DNA of 64,000 bases from Patescibacteria group bacterium (GTDB taxonomy: Bacteria > Patescibacteriota > Minisyncoccia > Phycocordibacterales > GCA-2747955), in contig JBLYPV010000001.1 in the NCBI GenBank assembly GCA_048538215.1, forward strand, positions 254,196 through 318,195, read 5' to 3'. Position 1 is the first letter of the stretch. Each line of letters begins with the position of its first letter. The position numbers were made by a program, and so were the translations under genes. The notes under the pieces were generated by a model. It was not told the origin of the DNA. It saw only the letters and a program-made list of their open reading frames with translations, and did not search any database. Positions 17,660-27,131 of this stretch are shown piece after piece.

Positions 17660-18853
17660 CTATCTGACACGGCAGGAGCTTGTAAATTCTTTGATTAATC
17701 TATCCGTTGCGTCTTGCGTTTGGTAGCTAATAATCATATACCCTACATTTGTACGATAGAGCATAAGCACTCGTTCGATAGGAGAATTCCCATAATGGCT
17801 TGCCAATACTGTCGCCTGCCAATGATTTCCATACTCATCAGTATACGCTTTCTGATCTTGTATGACCCAGCTACGGAGGTAATCATCTCCTAAATCGGTA
17901 GGAGGTGCTCCTCGATTAAATTGCTTTATAATTTTTAGTATCGCTCTTTGATAGCTTGGCTCTACTTCACCCTCAATTAAAACATCCAGCCTATCTTGAC
18001 CTTCTTGATATTTCCACACCCAGAGATCACGCCCTTCATACTCATATGTAAGGATTGTATCCATATCTATAGGCGAAGGAAGAAAAAGCGCCCGCTTGTG
18101 ATTATAAAGCATCTTATTGGCATAAATGTGCTCGGCTATCTCTGTGCCCACATACCGCCAGTGCCATGGCTCGTATTGATATTGGGTAATGTCTTGTGCT
18201 CCATCAGGATATGAAAGCACAAAGCCATACTTGTATGCATTTTCTGCAAGCCATTCGTAGCCAGAAGCAGTGGCGCTTGGATAGCTAGAAATATCTATCG
18301 CCGTACCCAGCTGATGCTCACTCAAGCCAGGCAAGGCTGCACGCTCTCCCTGCTCATCCACTCCCGCATTATCCGCAAAACGCTCATACATTGCTTGTTG
18401 CTCTACTGATGATCGATAAGCTGAATTGACTCGGAGGTAGTGCCCTGCCTCGCGCCCTGATCGTATCAAGGCAATCAATGGCTCTTTCACCACCGCCCGT
18501 ACTTGTAGCACCCCTTGCTTGGGATGTGTATATTGATAGCCAAGTGAAACTAAATCACTCGGCACATAATTAGCCCGCAGTGGCGGACGATTATTATTTA
18601 TCTTTTGCAATAATGCATCATCACTAAATTGCTCAACATCACAAGAAAAATGAGCATAATTTTGTGCTCGCTCGAGAGCGTTCCAGCCCTCTAATCTTTG
18701 CTCAAATTGAGCACGTAGATAGGGAGTATAGCCATACTCCATATACAAGACCCAGAATGAAGCTACCGCTACTGCTCCCACAAGAGCTAACCAAAAATAC
18801 CATCCAAAAAATGCTTCCTTGCTATTTGTGTACTGCTTGTAATTATTGTCCAT
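17660..18853 (-). CDS. D-alanyl-D-alanine carboxypeptidase (VanY / peptidase M15 family) with N-terminal TM helix
   Basis: SAYRSSVEQQ...GLSEHQLGTAIDI zinc-binding motifs of VanY-type LAS peptidases. Confidence 0.75.
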   Translation of the reverse strand: MDNNYKQYTNSKEAFFGWYFWLALVGAVAVASFWVLYMEYGYTPYLRAQFEQRLEGWNALERAQNYAHFSCDVEQFSDDALLQKINNNRPPLRANYVPSDLVSLGYQYTHPKQGVLQVRAVVKEPLIALIRSGREAGHYLRVNSAYRSSVEQQAMYERFADNAGVDEQGERAALPGLSEHQLGTAIDISSYPSATASGYEWLAENAYKYGFVLSYPDGAQDITQYQYEPWHWRYVGTEIAEHIYANKMLYNHKRALFLPSPIDMDTILTYEYEGRDLWVWKYQEGQDRLDVLIEGEVEPSYQRAILKIIKQFNRGAPPTDLGDDYLRSWVIQDQKAYTDEYGNHWQATVLASHYGNSPIERVLMLYRTNVGYMIISYQTQDATDRLIKEFTSSCRVR

Positions 18854-18912
18854 ATCTTAGCACAATAGTATCACAGCGCTGGCTACTCTTGAATAATAAT
18901 TCTCCTCGAACC

Positions 18913-19488
18913 CTACTCATTTCCCTCAGACACATCCTCCATATGTTCTCCCATAATTTGAGCCACCTGTGTACTCACACTATCATAATCAGGAAGCTCC
19001 AACTGAGTGCTAATCCCCAATAGCTTGAGAGTATCTGCCGTAGGCTCGTATATGACCTGATTTTCTAAATTACGCCGAGCTACCAACCCTCGTACGAGCA
19101 AATTACGAATTGAGTACATACTATTTACCCCGCGAATCGTATCTATTTCTGCTCTTGTAATTGGTGCTCTATATGCAATGACTGCGAGTGTCTCGAGTGC
19201 TGTCTTGGAAAGAGGAGCTTCTTTTTCTACCTTGCGTACTGAATCGATAAGCTTGCTCGTATCTGGGTGAGTGCCTAAGCTAATAGTAGTGGGTGTTTCT
19301 ACCAGCACAATCCCGCTCTCTCTCCGCATCCTACCAAGCTCCCCTACTGCCTCTTCAAGCTCTTCTAAACTTATTCCCACCAATTCTGCCACACGCTTTT
19401 TTCTGACCTCTTCATTGAGATAAAATAGGAGTGCCTCTATCTTTTGTAGCGTTGTGCTCATGCCAATTATTGTACCATCCATTTGCAA
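18913..19488 (-). CDS. scpB: segregation and condensation protein B
   Basis: Tandem winged-helix ScpB motifs (ALETLAVIAYRAPITRAEIDTIRGVNS...). Confidence 0.85.
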   Translation of the reverse strand: MQMDGTIIGMSTTLQKIEALLFYLNEEVRKKRVAELVGISLEELEEAVGELGRMRRESGIVLVETPTTISLGTHPDTSKLIDSVRKVEKEAPLSKTALETLAVIAYRAPITRAEIDTIRGVNSMYSIRNLLVRGLVARRNLENQVIYEPTADTLKLLGISTQLELPDYDSVSTQVAQIMGEHMEDVSEGNE

Positions 19489-19521
19489 AAGTCGATGCCT
19501 GTGGATATAATAGCCTCCATT

Positions 19522-19647
19522 ATGGCAAAACGAATTACTGGAGTAGGTAAAAATAAAGCTAACCGATCAAAAAAGACAGCCAAGCGCTTGGCTATCAAAA
19601 AAGATATGCTCGAAGCAAAGGCTCTCAAGCGGGGTAAAAAGAAATAA
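19522..19647 (+). CDS. small lysine-rich basic protein (41 aa), hypothetical
   Basis: ORF MAKRITGVGKNKANRSKKTAKRLAIKKDMLEAKALKRGKKK followed by a strong terminator; below the ORF-track cutoff. Confidence 0.35.
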   Translation: MAKRITGVGKNKANRSKKTAKRLAIKKDMLEAKALKRGKKK

Positions 19648-19656
19648 TATTATAAA

Positions 19657-19690
19657 AAAGAGAAGCCTCGGGCTTCTCTTTTTTATTTTG
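19657..19690. terminator. rho-independent terminator (AAGAGAAGCC-TCG-GGCTTCTCTT + T run), bidirectional
   Basis: Perfect 10-bp stem between convergent genes. Confidence 0.8.
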
Positions 19691-20063
19691 TATATATGGG
19701 AGTGTATGACTGACAGATATAGAGATCCGCATCCGCTGAATACTCACAATTCCATCCACAAGCATAGCCATCCCCTTCTCTGTCCTCTAGATAAAGCTTG
19801 CTCCTACCCCAATCACGACATCCAGCCCGAAAAGCAAATACCTCAGCGCTTTGTTCAAAAATAGTAGGATCATCTGCATAGCGAAAATAATAGCCCACCG
19901 TGTCTTGTTTCATAATAAAGAGCCAAAGATAAAAAACAGCAAAAAATAGAGCTATATATACCAACAAAGCTTTTGGGCTAATGGTAGAGCCTCCTGAATC
20001 ACTCATTGCTCTATTATATCCTGCCCCGGGTAGCCCACCAAGGGCCCCTTCCCCATTTTGCAC
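19683..20063 (-). CDS. Excalibur calcium-binding domain protein with N-terminal TM helix
   Basis: EDREGDGYACGWNCE resembles the Excalibur DxDxDGxxCE motif; N-terminal hydrophobic helix. Confidence 0.55.
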   Translation of the reverse strand: MQNGEGALGGLPGAGYNRAMSDSGGSTISPKALLVYIALFFAVFYLWLFIMKQDTVGYYFRYADDPTIFEQSAEVFAFRAGCRDWGRSKLYLEDREGDGYACGWNCEYSADADLYICQSYTPIYTK

Positions 20064-20148
20064 ATTGCGGCTTTCATTCTATTTTGGTAGAATCCTTGCA
20101 CTTGTAGCATATATTATATGGTGCAAGTGTGTCATTTTGACAAAATAT

Positions 20149-20220
20149 TCCGGCGTAGCTCAGTGGTAGAGCACTCGACTGTTAATCGAATGGTCGCAGG
20201 TTCGAATCCTGCCGCCGGAG
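20149..20220 (+). tRNA. tRNA-Asn (anticodon GUU)
   Basis: U1-A72 acceptor and CUGUUAA anticodon loop as in canonical bacterial tRNA-Asn; GGTTCGAATCC T-arm; discriminator G. Confidence 0.85.
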
Positions 20221-20224
20221 CAAG

Positions 20225-20250
20225 AAAAATCCCGCAAGGGATTTTTTAAT
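20225..20250 (+). terminator. terminator hairpin after tRNA-Asn (AAAAATCCCGCAAGGGATTTTTT)
   Basis: Stem-loop plus T run. Confidence 0.75.
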
Positions 20251-20289
20251 TGCAAAGACGGCAGGCTTCGAACCTTGGAAATATATAAT

Positions 20290-20613
20290 TTATTCTATCC
20301 CGTCAAGGAGGATGTTATTTTCTTCGCTGTATTTTACGACCAGTTGGGTAATAGTTTGGTTGTCGCCATAGAGTCGCACTTCTTGCAGAGAGATGTTGTC
20401 TCGGATACGCAATAGTACACATGAACCTTGATCGAGTAATTTAATACGCTTAGAGCCCTTGAGGTTACTCAGGTTGGTTTTAATTATGCCGGCTGATATT
20501 TTGTTTATCCCATCTGTGGTTTCCAAAAAGCTTACCAGGTTGTTGGCCATTTCGGTATACGAAGAGTGGCTCGAGGCAAATTTTTTGCCACTTTTGCTAA
20601 TACGATTTGCCAT
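20290..20613 (-). CDS. hypothetical protein (107 aa)
   Basis: Intact ORF; no recognisable family. Confidence 0.45.
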   Translation of the reverse strand: MANRISKSGKKFASSHSSYTEMANNLVSFLETTDGINKISAGIIKTNLSNLKGSKRIKLLDQGSCVLLRIRDNISLQEVRLYGDNQTITQLVVKYSEENNILLDGIE

Positions 20614-20639
20614 AAGAATATATTGTACCAGGTAAAAAG

Positions 20640-20682
20640 CACGAGCTCGACCCTTGAGGGTCGAGCTCGTGCTTTTTCTTAT
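20640..20682. terminator. bidirectional terminator (GCACGAGCTCGACCC-TTGA-GGGTCGAGCTCGTGC)
   Basis: 15-bp perfect stem flanked by A and T runs. Confidence 0.8.
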
Positions 20683-20696
20683 CCATCAAAGATATA

Positions 20697-21413
20697 TTAG
20701 ATATTGACTTGAATATCTGCACTTTCTCGCAAAGTAGCAAGATGATCAGCCACCAATTGGGCCTCTTTTTCACTTCGAAGCTGAAGCACTATTTGATCTC
20801 GCACCTCATCGAAAGCAGGTGTATCTTCCTCCTGCTCAGCTTGGAGTAGATCATAGAATGATTGAATCTCCTCATCACTTACCGTGATGCTTGATAGATC
20901 AAGCTTATTCTCGAGATATGCTTGTATCAACAATTGCATACGCAAATCCTCACGAATTTGCTCCTGAGTAATATTTGCCTTATCAAGCTGATCTTGTAAT
21001 TGATCCGCTCCTCCAGCTCCTTGTACCAAAACGGCATACTGCTCATCCAAAGCAGAGCTATCTACCTCTACTCCCTCCGCTTGAGCGGCCTGAAGCAAGA
21101 GTGCTTGATTGACCAAAAGATTAAGCGCCTGATTGCTAATCGCAAGCTGAATCTCGGGTGAGCTAATGTCTACCTCTTGAGAGCTCTGCTGTACGGCAAT
21201 CTGCTCACCAAGGGTAATAAAGCTTTGCTTATCTATCTCTTCTCCATTCACCGTGGCCACTACTTCGGGCAATTGATCTCGTAGGGCTTGGGTAGCATCA
21301 TCTGTGGCAGATTGATCTTTTGTAAATGAGCCACTTCCCATTACGTACCAAACGAGCACGGCACCGATAATAATAATACTAATTGCTAATACGGTAATTC
21401 CTGTTTTTTGCAT
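20697..21413 (-). CDS. SurA N-terminal-domain-like periplasmic chaperone-like protein with N-terminal TM anchor
   Basis: Signal-anchor plus Q/L-rich helical domain resembling SurA/PpiD N-terminal chaperone region; weak. Confidence 0.4.
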   Translation of the reverse strand: MQKTGITVLAISIIIIGAVLVWYVMGSGSFTKDQSATDDATQALRDQLPEVVATVNGEEIDKQSFITLGEQIAVQQSSQEVDISSPEIQLAISNQALNLLVNQALLLQAAQAEGVEVDSSALDEQYAVLVQGAGGADQLQDQLDKANITQEQIREDLRMQLLIQAYLENKLDLSSITVSDEEIQSFYDLLQAEQEEDTPAFDEVRDQIVLQLRSEKEAQLVADHLATLRESADIQVNI

Positions 21414-21465
21414 AGTCTTTATTCTAGCATAGACTAGTAGAGAGCAAAATTAGATATTCACCTTT

Positions 21466-23286
21466 CTAGTAGAGCACTGCTCCTTGTAAATAATCAATTT
21501 TGATCTTATCCCCTGAGCGCTCACCGCTAATTCCTGAAAGTGTAAAGAAATATGGCTCTCCTTGATAGGTGACGGTAAAATACAGATCTTCGGCTGAGCT
21601 ATTCCCACGCTTTGAATCGAGCCCCTCCCCTTTTGCTTCTAATAGAGAGAGCACTGTCTCGATAATTGGTATGCGATGCACTGTATCACTGTCTATTTCT
21701 TCAATCACCACTTCCCCTGTATCAATATCATACCAAGCAGCCCGCATATCATACACATCCCGCACAGCATTAAAGCTATAGAAATGCTCATACTTGCTAA
21801 CATCAAGATACTCTAAATAATTATCTGTATAGATGGAGAGATATCTGTCTTCATAAGGAAACATAGGTATGTAGCTTGGCAAATTCATTTCTTCGAGAAT
21901 GAGATAGGATTGTAGCTTATCGTGCTCGCTCACAATGGCATCAAGAAATTCACCAGGAAGTATTGCCCGCAAGCTATTACAGCCATGGTATTCACATAAG
22001 TAATCGATAGCTGAGATAATATCTCTCATTTCTTCTTGTGAAAGTGCTTCAAGCTCCGCTGATGACAATCCTCGCATCTCACCCTCCTCGTTAAGAATAT
22101 CTACTCCTATGAGCATAGCCTCTAGGCGATGTAGCTGTGATTGCTCAGGCACATTATACATACTCCAAGGGCCAATAATGGCGATAAGGATGGTCGCCAC
22201 CAAGGTAGTAGGAATAATTACGAGCCGTGGCACATGGTGGTAGCGATACATATGGTAGAGCGACATCAAGGCAAGCCATAATCCCAAAAGGACGACAAGA
22301 TAGCGATTGATTGTCCATCCATATTCTTCGATTCTCAAGCCAATCGAATAAAAGAGCATTGCTATCTGGGGCACTAGCAGAATAGGGATCAATCGCCGTG
22401 TATGTGCAATCCACGATTCATTTTCCAAGTGATAAGAAAAGAGATAAACAAGATAGCTAAAGAAAGAAAAATAAATTACCAAGATGGCCACCTCGCCTTG
22501 AGGCCAATTAGAAAAATTGATTAAGACTTTAAAAGTATAGAGATAGAGAATGACAAAATAAATATAAATAAAGGGCACTGCGATATACCTAATCAATAGA
22601 TGGACGAATCGTTCTCCAATTACTAAATCGTCCTTCATTTCTGTAGGGAGCATTGATAGAAAGTAGAGAGGTCCTCCTATCACCCCAGCAAGTACAAACC
22701 ACTGGAGATAGAATTCACTAGCAAACCAAGCAGGATCAAACAAGCTTTCCACTGTCCAAAGTAGCAGAGCGCCCAATAAGATCAATACAATAGCAATCAA
22801 TAGTGCCTGTATTGCATACAAGGCAGTATTAAAGCTAAAGCTATACCAATGTGTGTCGGTATACTTACCACGATACCATTCGGCCCAGCTCGGGCTAGAG
22901 AGAAGTGCGAGCCCCAGCATAGTGTGGAGCGCTATATGTATCGCATAAAATTCAAACGCCATATCGGCCAAATCTGCTGGGAAGCTCAATACATATAAAG
23001 CAATAGCAATGAGGGTGAGAGCAAGTGCTCGCGTGCGAGCACCTGTTTTTACCCCTAAAGTCTCTACCCCTAATTGCACCCCTACCGATAGCCATATAGC
23101 AAATAGTGATGAAAATACGATTCGAATAAGTGTTGAATCACTAAAAATATCACTAGAGTGTATTTCTAATAATAAAGAAATGGCAAGTACGGACAAAGCA
23201 ATACAGGTAATAGGAAATCTCACCAAGCTCTTTTGTAATTGGCTAGTAATCACTCGCACATTGATTCTATCTAGTATTCGTTTCAT
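21466..23286 (-). CDS. large multi-pass membrane protein (606 aa; DUF4153-like) with soluble C-terminal domain
   Basis: About 12 hydrophobic helices followed by a 230-aa hydrophilic domain. Confidence 0.5.
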   Translation of the reverse strand: MKRILDRINVRVITSQLQKSLVRFPITCIALSVLAISLLLEIHSSDIFSDSTLIRIVFSSLFAIWLSVGVQLGVETLGVKTGARTRALALTLIAIALYVLSFPADLADMAFEFYAIHIALHTMLGLALLSSPSWAEWYRGKYTDTHWYSFSFNTALYAIQALLIAIVLILLGALLLWTVESLFDPAWFASEFYLQWFVLAGVIGGPLYFLSMLPTEMKDDLVIGERFVHLLIRYIAVPFIYIYFVILYLYTFKVLINFSNWPQGEVAILVIYFSFFSYLVYLFSYHLENESWIAHTRRLIPILLVPQIAMLFYSIGLRIEEYGWTINRYLVVLLGLWLALMSLYHMYRYHHVPRLVIIPTTLVATILIAIIGPWSMYNVPEQSQLHRLEAMLIGVDILNEEGEMRGLSSAELEALSQEEMRDIISAIDYLCEYHGCNSLRAILPGEFLDAIVSEHDKLQSYLILEEMNLPSYIPMFPYEDRYLSIYTDNYLEYLDVSKYEHFYSFNAVRDVYDMRAAWYDIDTGEVVIEEIDSDTVHRIPIIETVLSLLEAKGEGLDSKRGNSSAEDLYFTVTYQGEPYFFTLSGISGERSGDKIKIDYLQGAVLY

Positions 23287-23324
23287 AGCTATATGTTATC
23301 ACGAATAGCTTGAAGCGCTAGTGT

Positions 23325-23978
23325 TTAACTTGTTTTTTTGTAAATCCGGGTGAGATCCTTTCCACCAGACAAAGCACTTTGATATTCTTCAAGCTCAGCC
23401 CATTTGCCTTCTACAGCAAGCTCTGCTTGTTCAGGCCAGGTGGTAGGATCATGTATACGATACCTATCGCCAGCATTCCGTAATAGTGTCTTAATATCTT
23501 CTGCATCTGTATCAGCCAATTTTTGCCAGGTATCGATACCTCCATCTATCAAAAGCTGAGAAATTTTAGGCCCTATTCCCTCTACCATTTGTAAATCGTC
23601 TTTCTTGTATGGCATCATCTCTACTGGGCTTTGTGTAGCATCCATATACCGATTGCTCACTGTCTGCTCCTCGAATACTACCTGTGCTTTTTCTTTGCGC
23701 TTCTCCTTTTTTTCTTTCTTTTTCTCTTCCTTATCTTCCTCTTCTTCGTCTATTTCTTCTTCTACTTCTTGGGCTTGCTCATCTTTTTGATACTCAATAA
23801 GCATATCATCTACTTCTCTAAAGTATTCATCCATATAATCCTCTCCCCATTCAGGGCCGTGTACTATCAATTCATATACATAGCGAGCAAGCCAGCCAAG
23901 AATAAAAGCTCCCAAGAGGATGATAAGAATTTCTCCGGTAGCACTAGCTAATTCACCTGCTAAGACTGTAGTATTCAT
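23325..23978 (-). CDS. membrane-anchored helix-hairpin-helix domain protein with E/K-rich linker
   Basis: N-terminal TM, poly-E/K low complexity, C-terminal GIGPKISQLLIDGGIDTWQKLA HhH motif. Confidence 0.55.
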   Translation of the reverse strand: MNTTVLAGELASATGEILIILLGAFILGWLARYVYELIVHGPEWGEDYMDEYFREVDDMLIEYQKDEQAQEVEEEIDEEEEDKEEKKKEKKEKRKEKAQVVFEEQTVSNRYMDATQSPVEMMPYKKDDLQMVEGIGPKISQLLIDGGIDTWQKLADTDAEDIKTLLRNAGDRYRIHDPTTWPEQAELAVEGKWAELEEYQSALSGGKDLTRIYKKTS

Positions 23979-24052
23979 AGTAAATGATTATATGATTATT
24001 TGCTAAATGATAAATATAATGGGCATTATTGCTCGCCCACCGTGTGGGCTTG

Positions 24053-24262
24053 TTAGCGAATACGTACATCCTCGCGCTCATCTACAGGGATGATGCTCGA
24101 TATATCACTTTTCGCTTCTTCTTGCCATCCTCCAATCCATGCAGATTGAAGCTTTATATCTTCACACAAATCTTTGATACTACAGGTATACCAGTACCAA
24201 GAGCCAGCCGTCCATAGAATACAGGCAGTGGCAAATGCAAGAATGAGATCGAATCGTTGCAT
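24053..24262 (-). CDS. small membrane protein (69 aa)
   Basis: Intact ORF with hydrophobic segment. Confidence 0.4.
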   Translation of the reverse strand: MQRFDLILAFATACILWTAGSWYWYTCSIKDLCEDIKLQSAWIGGWQEEAKSDISSIIPVDEREDVRIR

Positions 24263-24306
24263 ATCTTGTGCAAATTAATTATTAATGGTGCAATTATACT
24301 AACAAA

Positions 24307-24355
24307 ACCCTAAAAAACAAGCATCGAAGCCAAATGGCTTCGATGCTTGTTTTTA
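24307..24355. terminator. bidirectional terminator (AAAAACAAGCATCGAAGCC-AAAT-GGCTTCGATGCTTGTTTTT)
   Basis: 19-bp perfect stem. Confidence 0.8.
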
Positions 24356-24419
24356 AAACAGCCCATTATTCCTAGATAATCACCGCATTTGGTCTATTAT
24401 TGGCCCCTAGGTGAGTACC

Positions 24420-24827
24420 CTACCACCACTTAATCCGACACCAGATATTTTCAAACCAAGACCCTGTACTACAGCGAGCTTGAGCCTCCTCATAGCGCTT
24501 ATTAATTTGTGACACTGCCGAGGAAAGTGTTTGGTTCGTTTCTACGCTTACTTCTATATCTGAAGAAGTGGCTGTGCTTGTGCTTAAAATAGCGCTTTTC
24601 ATACCCTCTATGTCTAATTCCTTGCTATCTATGTTTTTTGTATTTACTGTATCGCTCGGTGTAGAAGTGCTCACAGTAATAACATCAAAATAGCTCCGTT
24701 GTGAATCAATATCAGTATTAATAATAATATCTACATCACTGGGAATAGTAGGAGCTACGATCCTCCCCACTTGGGCGTAGGTATAAATGGGCAAGGTGCA
24801 TATTATTATAAAGAAATAATATTTCAT
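24420..24827 (-). CDS. secreted hypothetical protein (135 aa), S/T-rich
   Basis: N-terminal signal peptide-like segment. Confidence 0.45.
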   Translation of the reverse strand: MKYYFFIIICTLPIYTYAQVGRIVAPTIPSDVDIIINTDIDSQRSYFDVITVSTSTPSDTVNTKNIDSKELDIEGMKSAILSTSTATSSDIEVSVETNQTLSSAVSQINKRYEEAQARCSTGSWFENIWCRIKWW

Positions 24828-24922
24828 ATAAGAAGTATAGCAAATTCGCTTGTATACTCAGATGAGCATTATAAACATTCTTGATGTATGTATTTTATGT
24901 CTGTACTTTGGATCACTAGGCA

Positions 24923-26320
24923 CTAATTCTCTAGTGTTTCAATATCGTGTCGGAATCGGCTAGCTCGATTCTGCACCGATTCACCATAGGTATTACGGAA
25001 ATTCCACCAGTTGCCTCCTGCATAGTATCGAGCGGCGGCACATTTCTCTCTCAATGACTCTTTGCTACGAATATGGCTATACTTTTCTGCATAATTTGCA
25101 CAACTCGATGAGTAATAGTGATTTCGCAAATAGGTGGCTGAAGCCACAAAAGCATCTCGATTCACAAATGGAGACATACGATCTGGATCAACTCCCAAAT
25201 ATCGAGCTGCCTGTGTGCGTACATCCATCCATGTATTAGGCATAAATTGTGCTGGCCCCATTGCTCCTCCATAGGCACCATCAGTAGGTATTGGACAAGA
25301 TACTTTTTGCTTATTTGGATCACGACCTAAATCAGACATAAGTGCCAAGAAATTATCTTGTTGGCTTTTTGCCATTACATCATTGCCATTACGCCCTCCG
25401 TGTGGATTGTATTGATTATAGGTACAAGCTCCAATATTCCCCCCAATCTCTCCTCCCCAGCCTGATTCCTGAAATAATACAGCAAGTACAAAAGCAGAAT
25501 CTACCCCTAGCGCAGATTCATATGGAGAAATAATGTCGTAAGCTTCACCAAAGCTTACCTTCTCGCCTGAAGCAGTGGTAAACAATCGAGCACGCAAAGC
25601 CCGCTTGGCAGCCTCTTTCTCTTCGATGAGCTTTTGGTAGGCTTTTTCTTGCTCTTTCGAGAGATCACGCAATACTTTCTGCTCGGCACGCTTCTTCTCA
25701 AGCCTTGTCTTTTCAAGCTCCTTTTGTAGTGCAAGCTCTCGCTGTCGAGATTGTTCTTCTGAAAGCTCTGCTTGCTCTTCCATTATTTGATCCTTTAGCT
25801 TATTGTAAGCATCAAAATCCGCTACAAGCTTGGTACGAATACTCTCATAATCATTAATACTTCCAAAAAAGCCGGAAAGTGTATCTTCTGAAAATACCGC
25901 CTCTACTACTGAGTAGCTATCAAGACGATCTTTCTGCCTAATGAGCTGAGCGATTGATTGTTGGATACGCTCTGCTTTAGACTCTACTTTTTGTATTTGC
26001 TCTTCTTGATCATTAATACGAGATTTAATTTTTCGAATTTCAAGATTGCGTGATTGGATGAAGGTCTCTGACTTTCTAATACTTTGCTCAGAGAGTGCTA
26101 GATCGCGCTCTCGTGATTGTGTTTGTGCTTTTGTCGCCTTGAGCCTCTCTTGCTCTTGTGCAATTTCTGCTTCACATTGCTCAAGAAGCTCATTGAGCTT
26201 CTCATCAGACATATTATCAAGCCCAGTAGAATCCAAACAAGCAGACTGAGAAAAGGCCACCTGTGTATTTAGGATTAGTGCAAACAGTATGAAAAAACTA
26301 TAGGTGCCGTATTTGTTCAT
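24923..26320 (-). CDS. lytic murein transglycosylase (MltB/GH103-like) with N-terminal signal and long coiled-coil
   Basis: GAMGPAQFMPNTW motif of the MltB-type family; extended heptad-rich E/K/Q region. Confidence 0.7.
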   Translation of the reverse strand: MNKYGTYSFFILFALILNTQVAFSQSACLDSTGLDNMSDEKLNELLEQCEAEIAQEQERLKATKAQTQSRERDLALSEQSIRKSETFIQSRNLEIRKIKSRINDQEEQIQKVESKAERIQQSIAQLIRQKDRLDSYSVVEAVFSEDTLSGFFGSINDYESIRTKLVADFDAYNKLKDQIMEEQAELSEEQSRQRELALQKELEKTRLEKKRAEQKVLRDLSKEQEKAYQKLIEEKEAAKRALRARLFTTASGEKVSFGEAYDIISPYESALGVDSAFVLAVLFQESGWGGEIGGNIGACTYNQYNPHGGRNGNDVMAKSQQDNFLALMSDLGRDPNKQKVSCPIPTDGAYGGAMGPAQFMPNTWMDVRTQAARYLGVDPDRMSPFVNRDAFVASATYLRNHYYSSSCANYAEKYSHIRSKESLREKCAAARYYAGGNWWNFRNTYGESVQNRASRFRHDIETLEN

Positions 26321-26398
26321 TACCCCACTATTGTATCACTTCAAAATATTCTCGTACCCCTCCTTATTAACAACTCAAGGTGCTAAGGTGCAATATTC

Positions 26399-27037
26399 CT
26401 ATTCTCCCTTGGCAGATTCCTCTGATTCTTCTCCTTCATCGCCGGCAAGCACCTCCGCTATATCTTCTGCTGAAGTATCCTCCTCTTCTACCTCCTCTTT
26501 TGCCTCAGATACTATTGCAATGGCTTCTTCTGGCTCACTTAAGATAGTCACTCCCTCTCCTGGATGTATATCTGCTACAGTAATTGCTTGTCCAAGCTCT
26601 GCAAGAAGTGAGAGATCAATTTCAATTTTTTCTGGTAGATTGCGTGGGCGACAACGCACAGGCAATTCATACATTACATAGGTGAGCACTCCCCCAGCTT
26701 GGGCTGCTTTTGATTGGCCCACAAATTCAAGTGGTACATCAATTTCAATTTCTTCTCCTCGCTTAATAGCATAAAAATCAATATGCAAAATATCTTCGGT
26801 AACAGGATGTCGTTGGATATCCTTGATAAGGACTTCGTGGGCACCTTCTCCAGCTACTTCTAAATCAATAATAGTAGAAGAACCAGCTTTGTGTAATAGT
26901 GATACTACTTCTCCGTAAGGAATCTGGATTGAGATGGGGTCGATATCAGGACCATAACAAATAGCTGGGACTAGCTTTTTGCTCCGCAGTGATTCAAGAC
27001 CCTCTTCTGTATTTCGCTTTGCAACTTCTAATTTCAT
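26399..27037 (-). CDS. rplY: 50S ribosomal protein bL25 (Ctc form) with acidic C-terminal tail
   Basis: MKLEVAKRNTEEGLESLRSKKLVPAICYG... L25 N-terminal domain. Confidence 0.85.
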   Translation of the reverse strand: MKLEVAKRNTEEGLESLRSKKLVPAICYGPDIDPISIQIPYGEVVSLLHKAGSSTIIDLEVAGEGAHEVLIKDIQRHPVTEDILHIDFYAIKRGEEIEIDVPLEFVGQSKAAQAGGVLTYVMYELPVRCRPRNLPEKIEIDLSLLAELGQAITVADIHPGEGVTILSEPEEAIAIVSEAKEEVEEEDTSAEDIAEVLAGDEGEESEESAKGE

Positions 27038-27131
27038 AATGCCGAGTATTGTACCGTTTTTCCCACAAAACGCAATAAATAATTAACCTAGCACTATTGA
27101 GCGTAAGTAGCCTAAAGGAGCACTACTTTGT

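Noticed and set aside
23605-23951. Two plus-strand ORFs (61 and 106 aa) of poly-F/S/L composition
   Set aside because: They are antisense translations of the E/K-rich linker of the 23325-23978 gene.
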